A stretch of DNA of 56,522 nucleotides, filler included, from Basidiobolus ranarum (lineage: Eukaryota): NCBI GenBank assembly GCA_040143965.1. It is 4 parts of 4 records of this genome, joined end to end, with 100 filler letters (N's around TTAATTAATTAA, not from the genome) between each part and the next. Parts side by side here need not be neighbours in the genome. Positions count along the whole stretch, not along the records: positions 28,372 to 42,416 come from JASJQH010007320.1; positions 42,517 to 56,522 come from JASJQH010007322.1; 2 more parts are not named here. One strand, given 5' to 3'. The notes beneath the pieces were generated by a model. It had not been told where the DNA came from. It saw only the letters and a list, made by a program, of their open reading frames with translations, and did no database searches. Shown one piece after another: positions 36,565-47,981 of the stretch (position 1 is its first letter; each line of letters begins with the position of its first letter). The position numbers were made by a program, and so were the translations under genes.

Positions 36565-37958
36565 ATGGGCTTTGAAATTATGGTAAGTTAGTGAGAAAAT
36601 TCTACATCTTTGGTGAAGTTAATTTAAACCACTCTTGATAGACCTCGAGAAACTCTTCACCACCTAACTCCGCCCAGCTCATAAATAGTCCCAGAGAGCA
36701 AAGAGATAAACGAGTTATGACTACCGAAGAATTCGATCGAATTTTACAAACTGAACCTCCGGCTAGACTATCTCTAGTATCCAATAGACGTGGTTCAATT
36801 TCCAATAGTAAACAAGAAGCAATTCGAACTGACCGACACTCCACAAAAACTATATTGAAAAAACAAATGTCTTTTGATAATTTTTCCCATAAATTACAAC
36901 ACACAGCACCAAGTAAACCACCTCGTACTTCTCTGGCTCACTTCAATTCATATGCTCAGCATAATAGTACCCCTCCTATTGACGAGGATGTAGTCGGTTC
37001 CGGTGAACTAAGTCACCCTGAAAGTGATACTGAAGCTAACTCTGATACTTCCTCCACTGGTCCTTTACCTGTTGCAGAGAAGAAATCTCTAAGTTCTTTG
37101 ATTAAGAAAACATTTGGTAAAAAGTCCAAGAAGACTAACGATAAAGATTGGGAATTATCAGTGCCTTCCTCTCCATCCGGCTCTCTTTTTAGTATATCAC
37201 CTCAACCATCCCCCGTAGACAGCATATTTGATCATCATAAAACCGCTTTGGATTTACTTAGAGGGTCGCAAACTCAGCGCTACCGATCAAGTGAAGAGAA
37301 AGAAGAGGAAGATTGGGAGGATAATAGACTACCACCAACAGTAAATGCCCCATCTAGATTATATTCTACTGATAACTCACAGCATCATGATTCACCATCC
37401 TCCGCACCATTTCAACTTGCTCCTGCACCTAAGCCTGAAATCAATAGAAAATCCCTCGCTTCCTCGCGTCTACCTGCGCACTCTGCTGATTCATCACAGA
37501 GGAATAGCAAGGTTACTTTCAATTCCGTAGAAGATGTAATTCATCATGCAAGAGAAAACACTATCGAAATCCCAACTGGTAATCCACGTTCTTCATTCTC
37601 TTCCGACGACACTTTTCACACTATCGAGGAGGATTCATTGCACATCTCATCGCCTCAACCCACTACACCAAGTTCGTTAGAAGAAGGCGAGAAGAGCAAA
37701 GAAAATGAGGAATCGATAGCATCACTAAAATCAGAAAACACTCATTTACTCAAAGAATTGGAAAAGATCAAAAGACAATTGTTTTTGGAACAATCGGCAA
37801 GGTCTGGCTTATTCAAGTCAATGGAAAATGCTCGTTCACAATTCGATGATATCTCTGCACAGGCTTATCGTAAACTTAGACAAGTAACTTCAGAAAATCG
37901 TAGACTTCATAGTCAAGTGAAAAAATTAAAAGGGAAATTGGAATCTTATGATATCTGA
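36565..37958 (+). CDS. Ser/Pro-rich disordered protein with C-terminal coiled coil, function unknown
   Basis: Short exon MGFEIM (36565) plus GTAAGT intron splices in frame to the 413-aa ORF; heptad-like tail SLKSENTHLLKELEKIKRQL...ENRRLHSQVKKLKGKL. Confidence 0.72.
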
Positions 37959-38351
37959 GCTTTCATCTGTTGCGCATCTCTTTCCTCTTTCCTCTTCCTT
38001 CTATCTATAAAGTAAACTCACTAATTAATGGAAAGAGTTCATCCTAATGTTACGGCTAGTGAATCAATTTTGATATTCTTTTTTGAAAGGTAATAAACTC
38101 CACCTCGTCGAGCCACACAACCATACCTAATTCCCCACCCAGCAGTGTATGAATTCCTCCCATAATATACTCTGGTTGGCTGGACATGTTGTATGCATGA
38201 ACGGTATATACTCTTTTATTATTCGAAGATGGACATATGTTAGGGTATTGAAGCGTTTGTATACTGGCACTCCAAACAGTTACATGGTGGTATTTATAGG
38301 CAATAAGATATAGGTGTATAACGAGGGGAATCGAAGGGTCAGAAGTGACTA

Positions 38352-39809
38352 TCAAATTTCTACACGTAGAGAATTCTCAGATGGGGGATGTCTTGGAACA
38401 GGAGTTAGTAACTCATCAGAATTACTAGCTTCATATGGTTCATACAAAGAGATACGCGTATCTTCGTTTACATTGGTTTCTTGCATTTCAGGGATTCTAT
38501 TTCTATTGAAATCTCCATCAGATTCTATTTTGTTCATCTTGCCCCGAGGATTTTTCTCTTCAAATCCTGCACTTTCAAGATCTACTCCCTGGCGAGTCCC
38601 CCAGGCGGTAACATGAAGTGTAAATAGTGCGTATAGTTTCATAATAGCAAAATAATAATTGAAAAGTAGGAATACTGGAACGTATATGATGTCTTGAGGC
38701 CGGCGCCAGAAATGAGGTAGCAGTTTGACACAGCGAGTAAGCAATAGCCAACACACATATGAGACAATCACAACCCAGAGGGGTAGATGATATTGACCTT
38801 TGTAAGCTTTGACACAAAGGGAGAGAACTAACATTGGGCCAACAAGCAATGAAAACGGGTTGAAGAATTTATCCAGCATCGTGAAAGCTACAAATGGATA
38901 ACGCCGCCAAATGACTCTTTCGGTGCAAAGAGAGCGAATGTCCGAACGCCAAGTGTTTCTTGTCCAGCGGAGAACTTGTTTCAAGAAACGCCAATTATTC
39001 TTAAAGGTAGAGAGAAGTTCGACTTCTGGACACACTTGTACGAAGGTATTCCATCCATGAGTGACCATCCATCTGGTTAAAAACTTATCATCGCCTGAGT
39101 TAAGTGGATATTTATTCAACCACAAATCGTGGGTGAAGTTGTGAGTAAATGATGGATCCTTTAGAATGGCTGTGCGATATGCAGCCGTACGACCTGACAG
39201 GCAACACACACCACCATCAATATGGGTTGAAGCAGCAACCTCTATGTTTCTTTGAGTCAAACGAAAGCCTGCCAAAACCTCCCATACAGTCTGGTGTTTA
39301 TCGACAGATTTGACTGTTTGGGATGTACCCACCCCGCCCATCTTTCGATCTTCAAAGCAAGCCAATACATATTGTAGCAAAGTTGGGGGCCAAATGGCAT
39401 CGTCATCCACGAAAACCAGGATTTCAGTGTTGGCTTTACGAACCCCTTCAACCATTTGTAGTCGCTTGTTTGCTTTGGGAACTGTTAGTACTCTTATCTT
39501 TTCTGGATTAACTGAGTTGGCTAAATCCTGGAGAGATTCGCTCATGGTTTCTTCAGTAATGATCAGAATCTCCTTTGGATCGTTAGCTAACCACGAAAAT
39601 GCCGCCTCTCTGAACTCTTGACCAGCATCGATGGTTGGCACCACAATGGTCACATCCTTATGTGCCTGGTAGGTCGGGTTCGCTATTGGGCGCATAGGCT
39701 CGTATACGAAATATGCCATTAGCTTGATGACATACCAAAGGTATCGGTACAGTCCAATAATCCCAAATGGCACAAATACGGGAAAGAAATCGGCAGTTAA
39801 GTAGAGCAT
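38352..39809 (-). CDS. Processive GT2 glycosyltransferase, hyaluronan-synthase/CPS1-like, intronless
   Basis: VVPTID, FVDDD, CLSGRTAAYR, SGDDKFLT, QVLRW, C-terminal TM helices and WGTR. First in-frame ATG at 39809. Confidence 0.88.
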   Translation of the reverse strand: MLYLTADFFPVFVPFGIIGLYRYLWYVIKLMAYFVYEPMRPIANPTYQAHKDVTIVVPTIDAGQEFREAAFSWLANDPKEILIITEETMSESLQDLANSVNPEKIRVLTVPKANKRLQMVEGVRKANTEILVFVDDDAIWPPTLLQYVLACFEDRKMGGVGTSQTVKSVDKHQTVWEVLAGFRLTQRNIEVAASTHIDGGVCCLSGRTAAYRTAILKDPSFTHNFTHDLWLNKYPLNSGDDKFLTRWMVTHGWNTFVQVCPEVELLSTFKNNWRFLKQVLRWTRNTWRSDIRSLCTERVIWRRYPFVAFTMLDKFFNPFSLLVGPMLVLSLCVKAYKGQYHLPLWVVIVSYVCWLLLTRCVKLLPHFWRRPQDIIYVPVFLLFNYYFAIMKLYALFTLHVTAWGTRQGVDLESAGFEEKNPRGKMNKIESDGDFNRNRIPEMQETNVNEDTRISLYEPYEASNSDELLTPVPRHPPSENSLRVEI

Positions 39810-39895
39810 GCTAGAGGCTGTTACTGGTTGTTCTAGGGTGAAGTAAACGACAGAAAGACCAAATCTCGCTATGTATGATCCCAAGGAACTGTTGC

Positions 39896-39921
39896 AAGAG
39901 TGCTAATTAAGAGTGCTAATT
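39896..39921. repeat. Perfect 13-bp tandem duplication upstream of the GT2 gene
   Basis: aagagtgctaatt x2. Confidence 0.7.
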
Positions 39922-40271
39922 AAAATGGAGGCTACGTCAACATTACTCGGAGTTCTTTTAAATCTCGTCAGTGTAGGCCATCAAATAAGATGGGTGATCA
40001 AATGGCCAGTGTTCAATAAACACAACCATGTTTAGCTAACACGACTACCAACACCACTAACGGTATCGATGCCATTAGAGGCCAGCTATTGCTAGAATTC
40101 AGATTTATTTGTTATTCTATGCGCAGAATTTATGCAGTAACCAACAATGGAATGTTAGTGATCGTCCTTCGATCATCCTATCTTCCTGATCGCTTACCCT
40201 GTCTGCATATTATCACTAAACCCTCCTCGAATTTGACTTTATTTAAGCCATTAAGGTTCTGTTCAATATTG

Positions 40272-40386
40272 ATATATATAATTTAATCGATTATTAATAC
40301 AAGTTTTCCAACACTAGTTGATTAATATATATAATTTAATCGATTCTTAATACAAGTTTTCCAACTGTTCTGTTGGATACTAGTTG
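40272..40386. repeat. Local tandem duplication of the MDR gene 3' end
   Basis: 40272-40312 matches 40325-40365 with one mismatch; both are followed by actagttg, but the first copy lacks 13 nt. Confidence 0.8.
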
Positions 40387-41412
40387 TTCATGGGCATCAC
40401 CGCCATCTTGCAAAGCAAAGATGCTTGACTCGCCTCTAACAGTGCCGCGTAATTGTTTGGTTTCAAACCATTTGGCAATCACGTGAAATTCAGCGTTGGG
40501 CACCAGGCCAAAAAAGAAGACATACCGACAGGGAGCAAAGAAAGCACGATAGGTATATGTACACATCATTGAAGCAACACTATACAGAGTCATAGCGTCA
40601 GATCCTCCATATTTTAAAGGCCCTACTGCAGTTGAATAAACACCAGTCTTACTTTTCAAGAGTGGTGATAGTTGGAAGTAATAATCATCACCGCCCACGC
40701 AGTCAAATATCATGTCAAAGGTAGCGGCTTCCTGCTCTAACAGATTGGTTATTTGTTCAGGCTGTGTATAATCAATAATCCTATCTGCACCCAGCTCCTT
40801 CACAAACTCTGCGTTTTTTCCACTACAGATGCCCAGTGTCTCTGCGCCAATCGCTTTGGCAATTTGCACACCATAACTTCCTACACCTCCACTAGCACCA
40901 ATAACAAGAATCTTTCTTACTGTGGATTTGTCGTCAACATCATAACCGCCAGTTTTTATAATACCTTTATATGCAGTTAGTGCGGTGCTACCAGATGAAG
41001 CCGCTTGTTCAAATGATAAATCACTAGGTTTCTTTGCTATTGAATCGCTTTGGGTATCAACAACAGCGTATTGAGCATAGGTACCAGAACGACCAAAAGG
41101 GATTTTAAGGCTGCCAAAGACAGCGTCTCCCACTTCATACTCTGTTACTTGGTCACCTTTCTTAACAATGGTACCGGCGTAATCAGTACCAAGTACCCAG
41201 GGAAGGCTCCGAAAGGAAGTCACTAACTTCACATTTCCAGCTCTTGCTTTAGCCTCTGAAGAATGTAAGCCTGATGCTTTGATACGAACTAAAACTTCAG
41301 TTGGGTTTTTTATTTGTGGCATGGGCACCTCTTCATTATAGAATAGAGCCTCCTTTGAAGAACCATATGCAACTAGTTGCAATGCTTTCATCGTTTCAGG
41401 TAAAGTAGACAT
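40336..41412 (-). CDS. MDR-superfamily NAD(P)-dependent oxidoreductase (quinone reductase/RTN4IP1-like), intronless
   Basis: EVLVRIKASG, LGTDYAGTI, GTYAQY, KPSDLSFEQAA, Rossmann ILVIGASGGVGSYGVQ, RTVGKLVL. Confidence 0.9.
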   Translation of the reverse strand: MSTLPETMKALQLVAYGSSKEALFYNEEVPMPQIKNPTEVLVRIKASGLHSSEAKARAGNVKLVTSFRSLPWVLGTDYAGTIVKKGDQVTEYEVGDAVFGSLKIPFGRSGTYAQYAVVDTQSDSIAKKPSDLSFEQAASSGSTALTAYKGIIKTGGYDVDDKSTVRKILVIGASGGVGSYGVQIAKAIGAETLGICSGKNAEFVKELGADRIIDYTQPEQITNLLEQEAATFDMIFDCVGGDDYYFQLSPLLKSKTGVYSTAVGPLKYGGSDAMTLYSVASMMCTYTYRAFFAPCRYVFFFGLVPNAEFHVIAKWFETKQLRGTVRGESSIFALQDGGDAHEQLVSNRTVGKLVLRID

Positions 41413-42416
41413 ATTGTTGAGCTTGGAGAGGGTTGATAGAGAGGCGAGGAAGTCACAATCACTCGTTCGGAAATTAAATAAACGAGGCTATCTTGACAAG
41501 TGCTACCATTTATCACACCTTAGGTTTCTACATTGCGGACGATTACTAATCCGTTCTGGATATTCTTAGACCTTTGACTAACCAAAAAAAGATCAATTGC
41601 TTTACTATTTATTGAGGCTGTTTACACACGAAAAGGTGATATCAAAACCCAATGATGGACTGCTTCTTGTCCTTCAAAAGGATTATTTATAAGTTTTATG
41701 TCAATGAATTTTCAAAGCATGTGACTCTACTTATTTTTCTTTAAAATATTGCCATTGGTATTTGTGATTGATTGGAAGCATTTAGGAAAACTAGATGAAA
41801 TATTTGATTACCACTTATTCTTTATTGAAGTAAAGATTACAGCAGATGTATATTCCTGGGATACAAGGATGTTGGTGAAGTTGTGGACAAGTTTGGAAAT
41901 TATATCTCTTCTCAATGTTTCTCAGTTATATCTAAAAATATGCTATGATTTGACTTATGGAGCATTACCACTCATGATCTTTCTCATATGACACTACTCC
42001 ATAGCAATAATAGTATTGGGAAGCAGTTATTAGCCTGATCAGGAATCAAATCTAGGATTCTCTCAACTCTAGCATTATATCCACTTACTGAGACTTACAC
42101 AATAATATCAAAGGTTTCATATTAGCAAAATGCCAGCACTATTATTGTTGAAATTAGCATTGCCTAAACATCTATATAGCAAATATATGTTAAAGTATTT
42201 GGGAGCCTGTTGGAAGTGGTTTGGAGCATTAGAGGAATTGGTGGTTTTCACTTATTGATTTATTGAGTAGAAAGTTGACATTTATAGTTTTGTCAAGATG
42301 TAAATAAACTAACGTGTAAAATATGTTAAGGAAGGTCCCAGGAACATGTGTGCAAAGTTTGGGGCTTCTAGCACAAGTTTGAAAAATCTATATATCTGAG
42401 AACTTCTAAGTTGGTA

Positions 42417-42516
42417 NNNNNNNNNNNNNNNNNNNNNNNNNNNNNNNNNNNNNNNNNNNNTTAATTAATTAANNNNNNNNNNNNNNNNNNNNNNNNNNNN
42501 NNNNNNNNNNNNNNNN
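42417..42516. other. Artificial contig linker
   Basis: 44 N + TTAATTAATTAA + 44 N. Confidence 0.97.
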
Positions 42517-42666
42517 CAACTGAAAAAGATGACTTTAACTCCACTATCCTTTACAGTGTTTCTTGTTTTTACTCCAATTTTAGTTACAGTACCTAACGAC
42601 TTGGCGATAAATATGAGTATAAGAAGGGCTCATTTAAACCCGTAGTCAGAATTAACAAACACAACG

Positions 42667-43673
42667 ATGGCGCAATATTGTCTGGTCCGCGAATTACCTA
42701 AATCCTTCACAAAGTGTGTCACATCAGTTGATTTGCAACAAAGTCCTATTGACTGGGAACTTGCTAATCAGCAACACCAGGCTTATGTGGATATTTTGAG
42801 GAAATTTGTCCCTCATGTAGTAACTGTGGAAGCCGACGAAAATCACCCTGGTAAGCTTACACCACCACGAGTATAAATTCCTAGTTGTCAGGCTAACAAT
42901 TGGGATATAGACTGTTGCTTTGTTGAAGATACGGTGGTATGTGTAAATGGTACAGCTGTGATAAACCACATGGGCCATAAAAGTCGAAGAAGTGAAGTAA
43001 ACGGTATTGCTTCTGCTCTGGAAAAGGTGTGTTTCTAGGTTGGCAAATGTTGGACATGAATATCCTAAATCCAACTTACCCTCTTCTTTATTAAGGTTCC
43101 AGCTGTGAAGAAAATTGTTAGAATGACCGCACCTGCATGTGCTGATGGAGGTGACGTTTTGGCAGTGGGGGATTATATCTTTGCTGGACTTAGTCACCGT
43201 ACCAACAAGGAGGGCGTCGAGTTCTTGAAGGAGGTTTTCGGTGAGACACATAGTGTATTTGGCGTTCCTATGGCCGAGACACTACATTTGAAGTGCTTGG
43301 TTACTGCCATTGATCGCGAAACAATCATAGTGGCAGATAATAAGAATGGAAGAGACGTATTTGATTTTATACAGGAAAAATCCAATGTAAGCTCCACTAT
43401 TCCAACATATGTATATATGGAAGTAATTACTAACCGTCCGTTAAATAATTGAAGAATGCCTTCAAAGCTGTGTATGTTCCGGACGAAATTTCTGCAAACA
43501 TCCTAAGCTTCCCGGAACACAGTGCTGTTGTGGTTCAACACGGATTTATTAAGAGCGAAAAGGTCATCGCCGAGGCAGCCCAAAAAATGTCTATATGTGA
43601 CGTATATTCTTTGGATATGAGTGAGTTCCGAAAGGCTGATGGTGCTCTTACTTGTTGCTCGATTCTTATATGA
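42667..43673 (+). CDS. DDAH: Dimethylarginine dimethylaminohydrolase (amidinotransferase superfamily); multi-exon
   Basis: QQHQAY, HPDCCFVEDT, SRRSEV, DGGDVL, GLSHRTN, LHLK, SEFRKADGALTCCS. Confidence 0.9.
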
Positions 43674-45013
43674 TTAAACTTGTATTTCTTGGGCGAAAAT
43701 CTTAATAAATGCATAGTTGTATAGTATACTGATATATTTTTGATTTCTGGATAGAATTCTCTCGATAATTCATGACAGCATCATTACCGAATCAATCCTT
43801 CCAGCTGAATAGTGATATTTGACATACGCGCTATCACAAGCACAATAATACAAGTTATTGAAACATGCTTAATATGAAGGCCTGTAATAGATGACCATAC
43901 TCAATAAATGAGGTCTGCCTTTTGGTATCTCAAAAACTGAGTATGAATCATAAATAAGCAAATCTAAGGATAAACACATATTATTGTTGATCAATCAGGA
44001 ACTAGTGAGTAAACAGAAACCATGTATCGTCAGCAAGTCTTATCTTTACATCCCGTTTCCCTTGTATAGTAATCAAGAAAACTAGCACTCATGAATAGTA
44101 TTTTCTTAATCGTGTGATACTCGCCTATTCTTGGCTTTATATTTGTTGAGTAAAACGCTAGATTATCTTTCAGAGTTTATTAATAATCTCCATCTACTAC
44201 CATTCAATGAAATCTTGCCATCATGCAATAGCAAGATTAGTTGCACGTAGCGCCTTTTGTCTATTGGACGATTGAAGTTCATGGTTTGAGTTGGGCAGGA
44301 TGCAGGAGCGGAAGGCCCAGATACGTACAATGATCATATTTAGGTTCCTGGTAACCAATATGCCCACTGTCAATATATGTAACAACCAAACAACAATCGT
44401 CTCCACCCAGATAATACTATTTTTGTAAATATCTTGTAACTACATACATTCCCTAGCTTCGGTTTGGTTAGACCGCATCGAACCTCACCAATATCGACCG
44501 CAAATCAAACGAGTCATGAAACGCCAAGCTCATAAAACATTTGCATACAAGAATCAGAACTGTATTAGATAAGCAATGGAGGGTGACCCTATGATATCAT
44601 CAATAAAGAACCCATATACACCTTCTGAATGAATGTTGCTTTGACCAGCCACTGATTAGAGGCTTTCGTTTCATGACATAGTGATTGTTGTCTACCTTTA
44701 ACAACTTTGGTATGATAAATCACCATAATGGTCAAATAGAGAATTTATAGAAATATGAATTTTATTTCCCAGTTCATCCGAGTTTTAATGTTCAAATTTA
44801 GCCATTTTATTTGTTTTGTAGCAAATACGATGATAAAGAATTTACATGCTAATCAGATTTTCGAAATGAATGAGAATTTCATATTGCTGATTCTTGAGAT
44901 TAAAATATCGAAAAGATGATCAATTGGAAAAATTGATATAATTCATAAGTTAGTGTTTATATCATTTTTTGGAATCTGTTCAACGTGAGGGGAACCTTTT
45001 GCATGCCAATTCT

Positions 45014-47981
45014 TTATATGAAACTTGGGGCAGTGCCACTGGCATTCACCAAGAGCCTTAAGTATGTTCGGGAATATTTGACTAATATTTGTCTCCAGTT
45101 ATTTTGCATACTTGATATATTATTCATATGGGCACTTAGTATAGGTCGTATTTCTTGGTCGCCAATCTTCCCATTAAGCTCTAGATTCATCTTGGTGCTT
45201 AGCTGTGAGATCATATGTAGAATATCCGAATCTAAAATAGCAATTCATATGTATCAGTATATTTCACTGATTCCACCCGATTTATATTCATCATCTCCTT
45301 ACCAAAAATATAACGAAAGAAATCTGGGAATTCAAAGCGACCACGGCTTAAAATCATCTCATATATCATCTCAGTTTTGGGATTTCGCTCAGTTGACAGA
45401 AATTGACTAATGACCATTAAGCAGCTAATGGTTGTATCACGTGGTCCTTGCTGGTGTATCTCTTGCTAAGAAACCAAGTCAGATTAGATCGATGATTATA
45501 TAATGGCATAAATTTGGAAATATCCCAGGCCCACCTCTACTCCATCCATAATATATTCCAAGCAAAGTGCAGCCAAAGTCTCCGGGTAAATTTTCTTAAG
45601 CCCAGGCTTTCTGTGTCGAACATCGGTTGTATGATCAAAAGAGTTGAAAGGCATGGCTCCTATAATGGAAAAGAACTCCGTAACCGCCTCCTATTGAACT
45701 GTATTAAAAGCCATTGCAGACACAAAAATATTTTCCAAAAGCATACATTGTAATTGGATTCTGTAAGATAACATAGACCAGTCGAGTAGATTAACCGGAA
45801 CGGAAAAATGGGGGACCATCGAGATTTAAGTATACTTAAGTCCACTTTATCCATCTCAAGCACTAGATTATGGTCTGTACTCTGGGTGGAGTTGACTTTG
45901 TTCATAATATACCGTTGGGTTTGCCAAGCTTCTTTCAATCTTGTGCTTAAACTTCGATAAAGAGAAATGGCCATCGACGCTGATCCCTAAGTGTTGGTGG
46001 GATTGTTGGTGAGGGTGCGCTATGAAAATAAATTGTCGCGAACGGCAAAAAGTGCAGCATTTACCTCAAACATCGCCATATCTGCCCGTGTAAATAGAAA
46101 AGAATTCTCTACTACGAACGGAAGTTTCATACGAGATACTGTACTTTCCAAATCTATTGAATAGAGACAGACTTCGATGTTAGTGAGGTGTATTCAAATC
46201 GAATCTTTTTGAATGATGCCATACCATCTTCAAAGCTTTCTGATTCATATCTTCCCCTTTTATATACCATCGTTATGCGCTTGAAGAAATCATAGATCTC
46301 GGCATCTAAGTATTTGGTTCAGTTCAGTCTTACTTGGAAACATTCGTGTATAAAAGCCCTCTATCGCGTCATTAGAAGTTACCTATTTGATCGACTGATT
46401 TCAATCTATCTCCGCTAAAGGCAGTATTCATGGCTGGGGAATCATCGAGTCTCTGGCGCTTTGCAACACTCCCTGAACTCGAGATAGGGATTGGAATTAA
46501 AGGGATAACTATTGAACCTGGATGCAACCCAAATCAGTATAAATATAAAGAAATATTTGTCGTACGAACGAAGAGATGTACCGGAAGATTCATTTGTGTT
46601 CGACTGATCAGAATTAATAAGATAGTAGTCTACAGCCATCTGTATAAAATAGCCGACGAGGAATTGGGTTATAATCTCTGATGGCAATGAATCAGGATTA
46701 CTATCCACATAACTGAGGAATTTATCAGGAGTGGACAAGTCCGTATCATCACTAAGTTAAAATTTGTATTGGCTTAGGTGCTAAAAAAGGAGAATAAACT
46801 ACAGAAGACAAATTACCTCTTATTGCGAAATATATTACACTGTTTGATCATCATTAGAAAAAGCTCATGTAGCTTTAAAAACTCCATGTTTGAAAGACAG
46901 TATCCCTGTATTATCTCTAGCCAAAGATTAAACTGTTCTTTGGAGATGCAGAGGGATTCTTGGTTTTCTTCGATTTCATTGTAATTGACAGTGAGCTCTT
47001 TAACTGTCACCTTTTGCTTGAATATAGTTGGTATAATTGAATTCACTAGGCATTGGCAACGGTTAGAAATAAATTGATATGTATGCGAAACAATAAGCTC
47101 ATACCAATTGTACTTCGAAATCCATTTACGGCGGGTAACGGTTTGTTTTTTTCTTCACCTTTGAGTGCTATATCGATACTTCGAGGCTATAGTATAGATA
47201 AAGTAAGTCAATAAAACGAGACAAGTATGACTAAAACCTAGGACGACAAAGAAGTTTCTTACTCCATAACTCGGTATCAATTCAGGAAACTGAGTTAAAG
47301 AATTAGAATGCAATTTACAAGCAGATAAATACTCTCCAGAGCGTTCAAGGGATACTTTAATCGAGAAAATAGTTGTTAATGTAGGCGAGGAATTAAGCTC
47401 GCTTCTAAATAAATATACTTACCAGCTGCACTGAGTAATAGTTGTTTCTGAGTTGCCCTAGGAGCATTACGATAAAATACTGAAGTATTGACGTGTTAGA
47501 AATTAAAGAATATTTCAAAGCGGTGTCCCTCGGCTTCCAGTATCAAGTAAGAATTACTTACCAAGATGCTCGTTTTGACACTGATGCAAAACTGAATTTC
47601 CGATATTTTGAAGATAGTCGATATATAGTTCGTGGGTAGGATATTTTTTTTGTCTGTAAAAGATACATCGTATAAATGACAGGCTAGAGTAAAAAAATTC
47701 TCAACATGGAACACTACGAACATGTCAATCAAAAAATCAGCAGCAACCGTGTATTTCTTTTGACGAACGGCTACTCTATGGCGCAAAAGCTAAAAGGAGG
47801 AATATGAAGTAAGTAGGGTTTTAAATATGAATAGCCAGTAGCTTTGGAATATAACTTGTAATTCAATGGACTCCGGAAACTGCTTTAGACCTTGTTCTAA
47901 CTCTCTGTGTGCTAATGGAAACACACCGTCTGTTATATGCTTCTCAATACGACTGACGAACCCACTTATTTGAGCATTCAT
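45014..47981 (-). CDS. INTS10: Integrator complex subunit 10-like protein; multi-exon
   Basis: Manually spliced 5' exons give ...GLKQFPESIELQ...AADFLIDIQKKYPTHELY...FYRNAPRATQKQLLLSAA...SLTQFPELIPSYG...PAVNGFRSTIVNSIIPTIF; 3' exons give RGRFEFPDFFRYIFDSDIL. These recall animal INTS10 segments in the same order (FPETVVQHG, PVNCFRKLFVCDVLP, FQYENFFNYV). Middle exons not fully resolved. Confidence 0.7.

Noticed and set aside
16748..39809. KpsF-like isomerase plus GT2 synthase as a capsule-like gene cluster
   Set aside because: They lie on different contigs separated by an artificial linker, and no Kdo synthase or transferase is adjacent.
43900..44800. Possible relic coding or transposon sequence between DDAH and the INTS10-like gene
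   Set aside because: No recognisable motif in the frames I read.
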